Of a stretch of 64,000 nt of DNA, positions 23,101 to 34,487 are shown one piece after another (position 1 is the first letter of the stretch; each line of letters starts with the position of its first letter). The notes under the pieces are model-generated. The model was not told where the DNA came from. It saw nothing but the letters and a program-made list of their open reading frames with translations, and searched no databases. A program made the translations under genes and the position numbers. The stretch is from a virus. The DNA lies in the IMG/VR virus record IMGVR_UViG_3300048672_000152, positions 1-64,000 of that record, one strand, 5' to 3'.

Positions 23101-23985
23101 GTATCACTAAAACTCTGATCAAATCCATTCTTGATCTCGGCTATCTTGTAACAGTGTATGACGGTGAAGAAGTATATAATAATTTGACAGCTAAACAAGC
23201 GCTAGATCACGCAATGGGCGTTGATGAGTGTTGGATCTATGCTCGCAAACCAAGCGAACAAACAGATGGAAAATTTAAAACATTTGAAACATTTTATTTA
23301 GTATATGGCAATGATGGTTATGATCTTATCTGTGACCATAGTGTAAATGATGTCACTGATCAGATTTTACTGGCTGTTAATCCATTGGTGGAAAAGTGGG
23401 AAAATAAAATCTTAGGATTATAAAAATAGTTTGCTTTTTGTTGGATCTTGTTTTAAGATCCAATTCTAAAGTGAATTTCAACAAATAAGGGCTTTATCAT
23501 GTTTAAATTAGCAATGAAGCATACAGAGCTTAAATGCTTAATCTGGACATTAAATGAATTTTCAAAGTTAGTAGCTGATGGCTCAGTAAGACGGCCTAAC
23601 GTATGGCAATTAACTTTACAAGTGAAATTATTTGGTAAAGTGTTTTACATTCCATTGGCTGAGGTGGTTTAAATGTTAGAATTATTACAAGTAGGTCAAA
23701 CGCTGTTATTCTGTATTTTTGGGCTAGTGCTTTACTTTGTTGTAAAACCAGCTAATAAATCTAAATCAATTTTTTAAATAAGGGCTTGACATTATGAAAC
23801 AATCAACAATTAACATCACAATCAAAATGATGGACGTTCACGGAACTTGTAAAGATGTTACTGTGAAACGTGTTGTTAAACCGTTTGGCAGTTCAGATCA
23901 TTATGTATCCTATCGCGGGCAAATTATTTTAGTTAAAAAATGCCTGTCGGGTAGTTGGTATGGTTCAACATTTAACTGGTGGTAA
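20198..23985 (+). other. cluster of small early (putative host-takeover) genes
   Basis: Many 60-120 aa ORFs (20198, 20699, 21110, 21312, 21665, 22105, 22487, 23064, 23794) with repeated sigma70 promoters and a distinct AAGG(G)T/C RBS style; flanked by long non-coding regions. Confidence 0.65.
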
Positions 23986-24014
23986 TACTTACCGGTAAAA
24001 TTAAACAAATAACT

Positions 24015-24039
24015 AAGCCAGCTATTAAGCTGGCTTTTT
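24015..24039 (+). terminator. intrinsic terminator ending the early block
   Basis: aagccagc-tattaa-gctggctt followed by TTT. Confidence 0.8.
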
Positions 24040-24417
24040 ATTGTCTAAAATTCAACCCTAGCAAACCCCATGCCAACATGACAAAACAGCCTAAAATTAG
24101 TGGTATATTAGAAAAATCGAAAATAGCTAAAATCAACGCTATTGCACGTATTCAGTCGAACCCTTATCAAGGTATCAAAACAGCCCTAAATTGATTGTAG
24201 GCGATTCTAGGCGCATTATAATTGATTGCTATCCTTTCAATACTTGAATTTATTGCATAAAACATGAATAAAACATACAGGATAATAAGGTTATGCAATG
24301 CAAACTTGCATATTATGCAAAATAAGGCTGTTTTACAGTGAAAAGCTATAGAAAAGCCTAGCTATTAAACATCATTAAAAATAGCAGGATATGCAATATC
24401 CTTGCCAAGTATTAATA

Positions 24418-24555
24418 CTGTATAGTTATACAGTAGTATTGAATAATCCAATAGCCTAAGCTTTTTTGCTTACCTTGCTATTAAAGTGTATATCTATCCA
24501 GTAGTGTATAAACATACAGTAGTACATAAATATACAGCACTGGATTAGTGTACAG
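24418..24555. promoter_or_regulatory. array of LexA (SOS)-box-like sites
   Basis: CTGTATAGTTATACAG (24418) and CTGGATTAGTGTACAG (24540) fit CTG-N10-CAG; near-matches at 24486, 24504 and 24522 give an exact 18-bp period. Confidence 0.75.
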
Positions 24556-25286
24556 TAGTTTTACAAATTGAATTTGTTTAAACACTAACATTAATCAATA
24601 ATCATACCAACTATTCCAACCCTTCTATACCGCATGGTACAAATCTATCCTATCCGATAAGCTTGCGTTATACTTGATTACTCAAGTAATTCTGTAATGA
24701 ATATTCATGCAATTACATTAGAATTCAATCATTTAACATAATCAGAATTAGTGGTTATCTTGTTTTATATTGCATATTACGCAGATATTTTAAACTTTCT
24801 AGAGTGATATATTCGGGGGGATATTCCTGTGTTAAACCATGATACGAACATGAACTACTGGTAGAATAACAGGATATTCGATATTTCTAATCTCAATAAC
24901 AAACTAGGCTGCATACCTTGGTATGACTCATTTTTACTAATATTTTAGATAGAAAATACCCAGATACTCCGTATCAGGAATAATATAGGATGGTACAAGG
25001 AATAGTGTCTTGATATTTGCACCAACACAGAGCATAACATCCCAATGCCTTGCATTGATATTTCATATAATAATTACGGATATTTAGCAACAAATACAAT
25101 AGGATAGGTGATATTTTATAGGAGTAATACAGGAGTAGTGCATCAATAAGGGAGTGTATAGGTATTTGGATAAATAAAAAGACAGTAACATAACATTACT
25201 GTCTCTATTTGAAGTGGCTCATAATGGCTCAATAGTGAGCCACAAGTATTAATAGTTATAGGGGAAATGACCAAAAGTGTGACATT

Positions 25287-25303
25287 GTGTGACATTGATC
25301 ACA
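25287..25303. promoter_or_regulatory. CRP-like site TGTGA-N6-TCACA
   Basis: TGTGACATTGATCACA, preceded by a direct repeat of GTGTGACATT. Confidence 0.5.
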
Positions 25304-25309
25304 CATGAC

Positions 25310-26107
25310 TTACTTCTTATTGTTAAGCCATCGACTAACTGTCTCCCTTCTTACACCTAATTCTCTAGCTATCTCTGTGTTGGAATGCCCTAGTAGTTTA
25401 AGTTTAACAGCTATTTCTTTATTAGAACTTGAGCTTATGCCTAGATGATCACCTATATGGTCTACTCTAGTTTCCGTTATTGCTTGTCTAATCTCTAACT
25501 GATTTACTTTATTTCTTAGTTCATCTAACTCACCTAATATCTTCATAGTTGTGTATGTGTTTACATACATGCTATTGATAGTTGTTGGTTTATCTAACAT
25601 ATTCAACAATCCTTCCTCCACTACTTTGGATATTTCATCAGGGACAACTAATGATGTTTGGTCTATTATCTGAGTTCTATTATAATGTTCTTTAGTTGCT
25701 ATTGACTTTAGTGTTATAGCATCTTTATTGTGTTTCTCTGCTACAACATCATAAGCTCCTTGAACAGTACCTTTATCTCTAATCAAATGCACCATACCGT
25801 CTACTCCCATCTCTGTTGTAAATCTTTCTGGTGCAACATAATCAGGGTCTTTAGAGTTCTCATATCTTTGTATTCGAGCTACGCTGATATTGATGTCTTT
25901 ACTAACCTTGATGGTTGTCTTATAATTTTGTTCTGATAACTTATCAACTATGGCTGCTTGTAGTATAGCGATACCTTCGTTATCTGGTACACGACTCAGT
26001 GCGGCCTCTATCTCAAATTGGGCATCCATTAGTTGCTCTAGTTGTTCTGCTGTAGATATTTCACCAACAGAAATAGCCCCATTAGGGGCATCTTCTTTAT
26101 CACTCAT
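25310..26107 (-). CDS. coiled-coil protein with C-terminal HTH
   Basis: GHSNTEIARELGVRRETVSRWL at the C-terminus. Confidence 0.75.
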   Translation of the reverse strand: MSDKEDAPNGAISVGEISTAEQLEQLMDAQFEIEAALSRVPDNEGIAILQAAIVDKLSEQNYKTTIKVSKDINISVARIQRYENSKDPDYVAPERFTTEMGVDGMVHLIRDKGTVQGAYDVVAEKHNKDAITLKSIATKEHYNRTQIIDQTSLVVPDEISKVVEEGLLNMLDKPTTINSMYVNTYTTMKILGELDELRNKVNQLEIRQAITETRVDHIGDHLGISSSSNKEIAVKLKLLGHSNTEIARELGVRRETVSRWLNNKK

Positions 26108-26120
26108 TTATTTACTTCCA

Positions 26121-27350
26121 TTATGAAAGATTATTGTAGAATTCTATAACATCTCTACTTGTTTTAATATTACTACTATCTACATGAGTGACAAAACTGA
26201 TATTAGATAAGTCACGTAATCTTGACAGTGCTACATATAATTGACCATTACTAAAACAACCTCTACCTACGTGTATAGCGGCTTTATCTAAAGTCATCCC
26301 TTGGCTACGGTGAATAGAGATGGCCCATCCTAGCTTGATTGGGAGTTGAATATAGACACTATCCAGCACTCGTTTGATCTTACCATCTACTCGTTGTAAC
26401 TTGTAGTTTTCCCATGTAAATGGAACTACTTCTATTTCCACTCCATTGTCTTTCATTACTTTAACAGAGTTGGGGAATAACTTAGTAACTACGCCACGCT
26501 CACCATTGACATAACCTTGTGTATTGTCATTAGCAGATATAACCACTCTACAACCTACTTTGAGTTTTAGTAGTTCTGCTACACCACATCCTTTATCCTT
26601 CCCTACAGCTTTGTATACCACCTCTTTAGATTGGATAGTGTTATACCAAATATTATTGATATTGTCTGAATCAGCATTATAACAACACAGATGTAGTGTG
26701 TCTGATGTATTCTGGTACGCACTAGCATTCTCTTGGATAGTTTGTAATGCTTGTGCAGCATCATAATTACCTTTACGAATAGCTCCTAATAAGGCTACTT
26801 GCTGCGCATCTGATTGTCTCACTACTTCAGTTAGTTCAATAGTTTCAAAGTTCCACGCTCTACTACTGAAACAGAAAGGAGAAGTATAATCTTTCTTCAA
26901 TAATGGTGCTTCTTGTTTAGGAACAATTGGTTCTAATTGGAAGAAGTCTCCGACTAACACAACTTGTAGCCCACCAAAGGGTAGTTTATTCTTCCTCACT
27001 AACTTCAATCTGAAATCAATAATGTCTAATTGCTCTGCACGTAACATACCAGCTTCATCAATAACGATACGTTTGATATTTGATTCTACACCATAGAAAT
27101 CCTTAAAGCCTTTAGGTAGTTTAGTCCATTCAGAGAGTAATGGATATTCTCTCGGTAAACCAAAAGCAGAGTGGCAAGTGACTCCGCCAATGTTAATGGC
27201 TGCAATACCTGTAGGGGCGCACAACACTGTATCTTCATCTAGTATTTGTTTGATTACATAAGATTTCCCCACACCACCTGCACCAAAAATAAATACATTC
27301 TTTCCAGACTTAATAGCTTCTAATGCTTGCTGTTGTTTTTCAATAATCAA
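26121..27350 (-). CDS. Pif1/RecD-like SF1B helicase
   Basis: GAGGVGKS, APTGIAA, VIDEAGM, PFGGLQVVLVGDFFQLEP, WAISIHRSQGMTLD, YVALSR. Confidence 0.92.
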   Translation of the reverse strand: MIIEKQQQALEAIKSGKNVFIFGAGGVGKSYVIKQILDEDTVLCAPTGIAAINIGGVTCHSAFGLPREYPLLSEWTKLPKGFKDFYGVESNIKRIVIDEAGMLRAEQLDIIDFRLKLVRKNKLPFGGLQVVLVGDFFQLEPIVPKQEAPLLKKDYTSPFCFSSRAWNFETIELTEVVRQSDAQQVALLGAIRKGNYDAAQALQTIQENASAYQNTSDTLHLCCYNADSDNINNIWYNTIQSKEVVYKAVGKDKGCGVAELLKLKVGCRVVISANDNTQGYVNGERGVVTKLFPNSVKVMKDNGVEIEVVPFTWENYKLQRVDGKIKRVLDSVYIQLPIKLGWAISIHRSQGMTLDKAAIHVGRGCFSNGQLYVALSRLRDLSNISFVTHVDSSNIKTSRDVIEFYNNLS

Positions 27351-29059
27351 AGTAATCTCCTAATCAAATTCATCCTGTGCATAATAACAAGCAATGACAT
27401 CCATGTCAATGAGTCAACCTCTTTCCTTTGTAACAGCATTGACCCAATAATGTAGCTGAATATAATCACCACTAAACAAAGTAGTATGTAACATCACTTG
27501 GAAATATTCTTCATTGGTAAATTGCTTACGCAAATTATGTTTCCAACGTGTAACAGCTTTTGGTAAATAACTTGTCTTATATCTAGCTAAAGATAACCAG
27601 AGCATCCCTTCACCTATACCCTTATTCAAATAGACAGACTTTGGTGGGAAACCTGAATATAATGTGTGGTATTCCATTATTCCCCCCGCTCACTAGCTTT
27701 CAGAATAATAGTATCTCGTGTACCACAACAATTATCAGCATCATAAAACATGACATACCCATCTTCTGATTCTACACAACCTCTTACGTCATAATTGTAT
27801 GTAGCACCATCACCATTGAACAAATCATCTATTTGCCCTTGGGTGTTTATGGATAAATCACCATTAGAATAATAACACCAAACAACACCAGTGTAAGCTA
27901 CGATATTCATATTGACTTCTGTTTGTAGCTCTTTTACTTGATTAAATAAGTTTTCTAATTTCATTCTTTCCTCCAAATCAATAATGATTATCATCTTCTT
28001 TAAGTGCTTCTAATGGTGTATAACTAGATTCAAAGTATCCATACCAACAATCGTATCCTGTGCTACTACCTAAATTACCATCATAGTAATGAAAATATCT
28101 ATTAACAATTTCCAACTCTACACACCATTTCTGGAAAGCTTCTAATTGTTCTTCAGGAACCTCACCAATATTTTCTGGTGAACATAAATCCTTAACAAAT
28201 TGATTCAAAGATTCCCCATCTTCAATGATGAATTTATTATTAAAACTTGATGTAGCCATTATTCTTTCCTCCGATAAACAACAGTGTCTAATATGTCCGA
28301 TATTCTGTTATAGTTCGGTACTAACTTGCGCTGAACAATCTTATAACCACTAACTATAATAAGTGCTAAATTAAACAGTGGTATAAATGCTACAAATATT
28401 GTGGTGAGGATAAGTCTCACCGTTATTTCTCCAATGTACTGCAAGTCATCATACAACGATAAAGATATAGCTAACACAATAGTTACTAAATACGCAATCA
28501 ATAATTCCATTATTCCCCCTCCACATACTGTTTAACAACTTCACCAAGTTTGATTAAATCTTCATATCTGATATAGCCATCAATTATTACACCGTTGGTT
28601 AAGTCTGTATCAATGTATGGGATCCCCATACCATGCGTATTCTTGAATAGTTCCTCAATTGCTTGATTGAATTCTTGTTCTGTCATTATTTGCTCTCCTT
28701 CAATAATTCTTTACATACCTCACCTCGTCGTGGTGTATATGTGAGATTGTTACGGTGGTCTCTATAAGCATTAGCTTTATATTGATAATAAAAACCATTA
28801 ATAGACTCTGCTACAACTACACCGTTACATTGTAGCACTGTAGGGCGAGGAGAGTCTACAATAACATCCCCAAAAGTAGCTATAAGGAGAGATGTTACTA
28901 AATAAACTATCCCAAAAGCACAACCAACTGTGGTGAAGGCTACCAACATAGCCCCAACTACACCAACACAACTTTCAAGGAATGTCTCATATTTTGACTT
29001 AGACAATGCCCCTACAACACTTACAATCAATAAAAAGAATCCAATCCAACCTAAAATAA

Positions 29060-29956
29060 TCATTTATTCTCTCCTAATTTAATCTGCAATTCATCAATAG
29101 CCCTAATAGCTAAACGCTTAGTGTTATCAGATTTAACCTTTACTTCTAGTTCTTGAACATACCCTTTGATACGGCGCAAATCACCATAGATTTCGCTAAC
29201 CAATAACCCATCTAGTTTACTATAGTTGAATTTAGCATTCAACATCTGACGTAATTCACCAATTAATATTTGTTCTGCTTGTTTGGCTGACGTTAATGTC
29301 GGGTGATACTGTGTACTACCTTCTTGTAAACGAGATTCCCAAGCTTTCTCTGATACATACACTCCGTTGATTTGTGCATAACGAAATCCTGAGTGTGTAG
29401 AGTTAGAGAATGTCAATCCTTTCTCTTTAGCAAACTTCTGTAATTCGTTACCTAGCAATCCAGTGACATTGAGCTTAAAGAAAGATGTCTCATTATTATA
29501 GAATCTACCTTTACCGTATGTCAATGCTGTCTCAATGTAATCACTACCTGTATCTATAAACTCACCAATCACTCTGTATTCGATTGGGATTAAAACTTCA
29601 GGAGTTTCCTCATAAACAGGGGTATATTTATCTAAATCAGCTAGAAGTTTACGGTGTTGAAACTCTGTTTCTAAGTCTGGGTAGTTATCACCATAATCAA
29701 AATCGGCGCGATACTCATTCATAAGTTCACTAGAGATTTCTGAATCACCATTGATGTAATATTTTAGCACCCGTTGTGCCGATGTTACTGTGCTAATAAC
29801 AGCATCCTTGGCTACTGATACTTGCGTCCCTTTTCCGTAAGATGTTTCGATACGTTTACCATCAATATCCCATTTACGACCTGATGGTAATTGGATAATC
29901 ATAACATCACCAGATGTTACAGCTTCAAAATCATTTAACATTGTGATTAGTTGCAT
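29060..29956 (-). CDS. hypothetical protein
   Basis: 298-aa ORF with GGAG RBS. Confidence 0.65.
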   Translation of the reverse strand: MQLITMLNDFEAVTSGDVMIIQLPSGRKWDIDGKRIETSYGKGTQVSVAKDAVISTVTSAQRVLKYYINGDSEISSELMNEYRADFDYGDNYPDLETEFQHRKLLADLDKYTPVYEETPEVLIPIEYRVIGEFIDTGSDYIETALTYGKGRFYNNETSFFKLNVTGLLGNELQKFAKEKGLTFSNSTHSGFRYAQINGVYVSEKAWESRLQEGSTQYHPTLTSAKQAEQILIGELRQMLNAKFNYSKLDGLLVSEIYGDLRRIKGYVQELEVKVKSDNTKRLAIRAIDELQIKLGENK

Positions 29957-31447
29957 ATTATTTCTCCTTAATATTTCTTAGCTTTACCTTCAATGTGTTC
30001 ATTGGACATAAAATTACCATACGCCCAATAATCTTCATGTCCACATAACTTACATTTAGTAGTTGCTTCGCAGATGTGATAGTTAATTGTATCTTCCACT
30101 GTTATATCATTACTATCCTCAGAACCGCAAGCATTACAACTAGCCATTACATCGTATGGGTGGTGTTGTGGTATAAAGTTTTCACTGTTGAAATCTAGTT
30201 CAATCATCCTAACATACTCTCACTAATAATCAAAGCGTTTTGCCACACAACGGGAGCATCCATGTCTTCTTTAACAACATGAACTCTCATTCCTGTAACT
30301 GTGTACCCATCGTAAATCATTGTACCTTCTGGATGGTCATAAGGATCTGTAGATTTTAATAGAATGTCAAATGTTATTTTATAAGGTTTGTATGCTTCCA
30401 TATTATTTCTCCCACTGCTTAATCAAAGCATCAGCAAATTCTACACTTGATTCGCTCCAACACTTCACCATAGCTTCCGAGGATTCGTATTGCAATACTG
30501 TATCCAAATACACAGGTAATAATGCTGCCCCAAATCGAGCAGATAATTCTTCTCGTTTAGAGAAGCCTGCATTATCACAATACAATTCTTTTTGACCGCT
30601 TAAATCTGCATATAGTGTTGGTTGTGCTGGTGTATTTGCGTTCATAATTTCTCTCCTCTGTTGAAACACTAACAACAGGATACCCGAAAGCGACCCTGTT
30701 GTCAATAGATTATTTAAATACTGCTGCTTTCAATATACCTTCCAAGAGTAACACTCTATTAGTTAGTTCCTGATTAGCTTGACGTTCAGATTCTAGTACA
30801 TCAGAGTGAACAGATAGAAGTTGTCTTGTTAAATCAGCATTTGCTCCATTCAACACTTTAATTTGATTCTGTTTAGATTCTAACAAGCGTTGTAAAGCTT
30901 TAAACTGTTTGACTAACGTATCATAATCTTCGCTTGGCTCCACTGTAATGCTATTCACTCTTAGCCTCCAACCAATACCACTCATTATCTTCAATTTCTA
31001 ACTTGAAGTGTTGTAAGATGAATTCCTTAGCACTCTCAATAGATGCAAACATTACTTTAGGTTCCCATGTTTCAGCATCATACCCAAGTGTCAACTTAAC
31101 TGGTGTATCCTTTGGTATATAGATTTCACTGTATTTGTGTTCACCTTGAAATAGCGTGTATAATTGGTCTGTCAATGTGTCTTCATTTATTCTCCACGCT
31201 TCTTTATCATCTAGCAGGAATTCAATTTCTAATAAATCAAAATCATCGTTAGGATTGAATTGTTTATCTTGAATGAAGTCATGACTTTCGGTAAAGACTA
31301 ATATTTTCTCACCATTCACTTTAACTCTATTTGTTTCAACTCCATCAACCAGATTAACCCATTTTACATCAAACTCTGAATCGTAGTGAACAGTACCTAC
31401 TTCCATATCTGGAAGACATAATAGCAACTTCGCTAGTTCATGTGATT

Positions 31448-32002
31448 TCATAATCCAAGCTCCTCTAATTTATCTGACCAATCTGGATAAAACATATTGA
31501 TTGTTGGTACATTAAACTTACGTGCAATATTCACTGCGGTAGCTGTACCACCTTGTACAACACCATTAACTTCTTTAGCATAGAATAACACAAAGTCTGA
31601 TGGTAGGAATAAACCATCCCCTAGAATTTGACAAACATTCCTAGCGTGTAGCTTCTTAGCGCCAGCAGAACACCTACCCCAATGTGGGTGAACACTGGCT
31701 GCAATTTCCATACATGCGGTGTTCAGGTGTTGAGGGATTATGTTACTACCTGTACTTAGGTATTCTTCCATTTTAAAGTTTACCCAAGGAATGTAAATCT
31801 CTTGGTTGGTGATTACCGCATTAATATCACTGTAATAATACTCATGTCCCCATTGGAAAGCCGAGTCGCTACCTTTAGCACCACCTGAACGTAGTGTATA
31901 ACCTTTACCCGCTAGGTGATAAGCTTCAGTGGACATAGCTTCAAATACATTTTCAGGAACTTCCCTGCTCCCAATACCTGTGTAGATTTTATTCACAATC
32001 AA
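31448..32002 (-). CDS. SLOG/DprA-like nucleotide-binding protein
   Basis: YTGIGSR, LRSGGAKGSDSAF, HARN, GGTATA. Confidence 0.75.
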   Translation of the reverse strand: MIVNKIYTGIGSREVPENVFEAMSTEAYHLAGKGYTLRSGGAKGSDSAFQWGHEYYYSDINAVITNQEIYIPWVNFKMEEYLSTGSNIIPQHLNTACMEIAASVHPHWGRCSAGAKKLHARNVCQILGDGLFLPSDFVLFYAKEVNGVVQGGTATAVNIARKFNVPTINMFYPDWSDKLEELGL

Positions 32003-32980
32003 TCCTCACAATTTCTACATCATATCCAAACTCAGCACTGACAGAATTCTTATAATACTCAGCCTCATGATAAGTGTCATAGATGTCAACAAACTCTAAT
32101 TCAGTTGTATAAGCAACTAATTCGGCATACTGTATCTCGTCAATCTCGTATTCATCGAAATAGCAGTTAAGGTATTCGCCAGATTCTAAATCTCGAAGTA
32201 CATATTTAATTGTCACATCACACCTCACGCTTCTTTTGGAAAGCTTTCCATTGTTTATCTGTAGAATAATGTCTGATCACACGAGCTAACGAATTCTGTA
32301 ATTCAATATCACCTTCATCATGATTATCAAATTGTTCAATCAGGTCATCTAAGATAATATCATTCAGAGCATCAAACTCAATTTCGATTGTTACACGTTT
32401 AGTCATACATTCTCCTTACTTAATGTTTTAGCGATATTCTCTGCTGTACTACTTAGTGATACAATAATGTCATCAAGTGTATTACCTTCCAACGCAACCC
32501 AAGAAAGCTTATCTGCAATCTGATTGAGATTAGCATAGAACAGAGAAGATTGTGTCATCTCTTTCTTAGCATCTTCCTTAAGAGTTGGTTTATGATGTGT
32601 CAAGTTATAACCAAAGTGGTCTGACTTGGTGATAGTGTAATATTCTTTGCTATCTTTTACTTTGAATGTTAATTCCATATTCTCTCCTTTGTAATTAAAT
32701 TTGATTACATCATCATTTGTAAGCTATTTGACTTACAATTAAAACTCTGTGTAATCGTAGTACTTAGATTGATAGCGTTCATGTGCAAGGACATGAACAG
32801 ATTCTTCATCTAAATGTGGGTGTGTCATACGAACCATAGATTCAATCCACAACATATCGCTCTCAAATTTAAATTCTTCATAAGCTGCACGTTCTTCTTC
32901 GGCATCATAGCTTTTCCATTGATCGTATGCAACACCAACATCGTTATTCCAACTCTTGTATAACATAATTATTAACTCCT

Positions 32981-33868
32981 CTAATTGCTCATATCTAATT
33001 CATTGCGAAATGCTTTCCAAGTAGGAAATCTAGGTACACCATAACTAGACAATTCTTGATACTTGAATGTTACAAGCTTACCTAGACATTTATCTTGGTT
33101 ATCCCAAATATCTTTGCGCTGTTCATCGGTGAATCCACTACCGATATTGAATACTACACCACCCCATTGCACTTGTAAAGAGCCAAGTGTGTTTGCGGGA
33201 AGTAAACCTTCTTTCTTACTTGAGCGTTTGCTATACCCTCGTTCATCCGTTTCTTTGATGTTTGTGTTGGTCATCTTTTCTTCAAAACCAATAACAGTTG
33301 CTTCGTCGTCTAAGAAACTTTTCAACTTCAACAAATAACCTTCTTTGAATGTAGACCGTCCTTGTTTATACTTGCCATTTAATGATCGTAAAATGCCACC
33401 TTCATAACCTTGTGATATGTATTTCCCTAGCAGATTTTCAACTTCTTCTGGAGTCTCAGCAATATCAGAAATCACGCGCTTAACATACAGTGGTCTATCA
33501 ATCTCCAACACTTTAATCGTGTAAATATTAGCTCGTTCTTTGAAAGGTAAATCACTATCCCAATAATCATAAACAGCCAAATAGAAATCTGGCTCTCCAT
33601 CTTCTGACATAATTGCTGACTGAACAGAATTGAAGTCCCCATGTACCATTAACTCCCCATCCAAACCATGAAGGTTTAATTCTTTAAACACTTCCTGTAC
33701 AAATCGGTTAGGGATAAGCTTCATTTTGCGACTATAAGCCACCCCGTTAATAGCTAGACAACGTATTCCGTCGAGCTTTTGTTGAATGAAACACGGATAC
33801 TTAATATCGGTGTATAAATTTGGTATTTCCGATGCCGCCAGCATACATTGCTTAATCATACTTCCCAT
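32981..33868 (-). CDS. ATP-dependent DNA ligase
   Basis: KLDGIRC, LDGEL, YEGGILR, LLKLK, GSGF, PRFP. Confidence 0.93.
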   Translation of the reverse strand: MGSMIKQCMLAASEIPNLYTDIKYPCFIQQKLDGIRCLAINGVAYSRKMKLIPNRFVQEVFKELNLHGLDGELMVHGDFNSVQSAIMSEDGEPDFYLAVYDYWDSDLPFKERANIYTIKVLEIDRPLYVKRVISDIAETPEEVENLLGKYISQGYEGGILRSLNGKYKQGRSTFKEGYLLKLKSFLDDEATVIGFEEKMTNTNIKETDERGYSKRSSKKEGLLPANTLGSLQVQWGGVVFNIGSGFTDEQRKDIWDNQDKCLGKLVTFKYQELSSYGVPRFPTWKAFRNELDMSN

Positions 33869-34487
33869 TTAATACCTCCTCTTTAAATAAATTTATTAAT
33901 TTATCCGCCACCCTTGCGTCTTCTTGTAAGGTAGCGAGTTGTATTGCCAATTCCTTCTTCCTTTTCTTCCACTGATTATGTGCCTCATCCTCAGAGAAGA
34001 AATACCCTAAATGTTCAACCGTATTCGTAAAAGGGTTACTACATCTTGCCCTAAATTTACCGTTTGGTTTGTAAATGTCAACTCCTAATTTGTATTGACC
34101 GCGCCTTTTCTCACAATCTAATAAGAAACAGTTAGTGAGTCTATCAACAAATACACAAGTTTCTGGACTGTAGAGCTTTCCATCACCCAACAAATCTTTA
34201 TCTAACTCCCTACCTTCCCAGTTTTGTGTTTCCATCCATGTTTTAAAATTAGAAAAGGTAAGCCACTCAAAACAAACGTTTGTATTATCGTAAGTCGAAC
34301 TTTTCATTAAGGTCTTCTTATTATAACAGCGTTTCAGCATATTGGACCAAGTTGTGAAATATGGACATCTGACTCGAAGTCCACCCGATCTCAAGTCTAC
34401 TTGATAATCCGCATCATTGACCCCAATACCGTATATAAGTGTTTTTGACTTTTTTCTTCTTGGTGAGATGGTAAAGTTCATTTCCAT
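33852..34487 (-). CDS. putative homing endonuclease (HNH/AP2-like)
   Basis: WSNMLKRCY, ELDKDLL...YSPETCVFV, HLGYF..E.EAH. Confidence 0.75.
   Translation of the reverse strand: MEMNFTISPRRKKSKTLIYGIGVNDADYQVDLRSGGLRVRCPYFTTWSNMLKRCYNKKTLMKSSTYDNTNVCFEWLTFSNFKTWMETQNWEGRELDKDLLGDGKLYSPETCVFVDRLTNCFLLDCEKRRGQYKLGVDIYKPNGKFRARCSNPFTNTVEHLGYFFSEDEAHNQWKKRKKELAIQLATLQEDARVADKLINLFKEEVLNGKYD

Noticed and set aside
23979-24194. 71-aa ORF after the early block
   Set aside because: It runs through the terminator at 24015-24039 and a sigma54-like site, and has no clear RBS.
24486-24557. 18-bp periodic repeats as a mini-CRISPR array
   Set aside because: No unique spacers of CRISPR length, the units are degenerate palindromes matching SOS boxes, and no cas genes are in the window.
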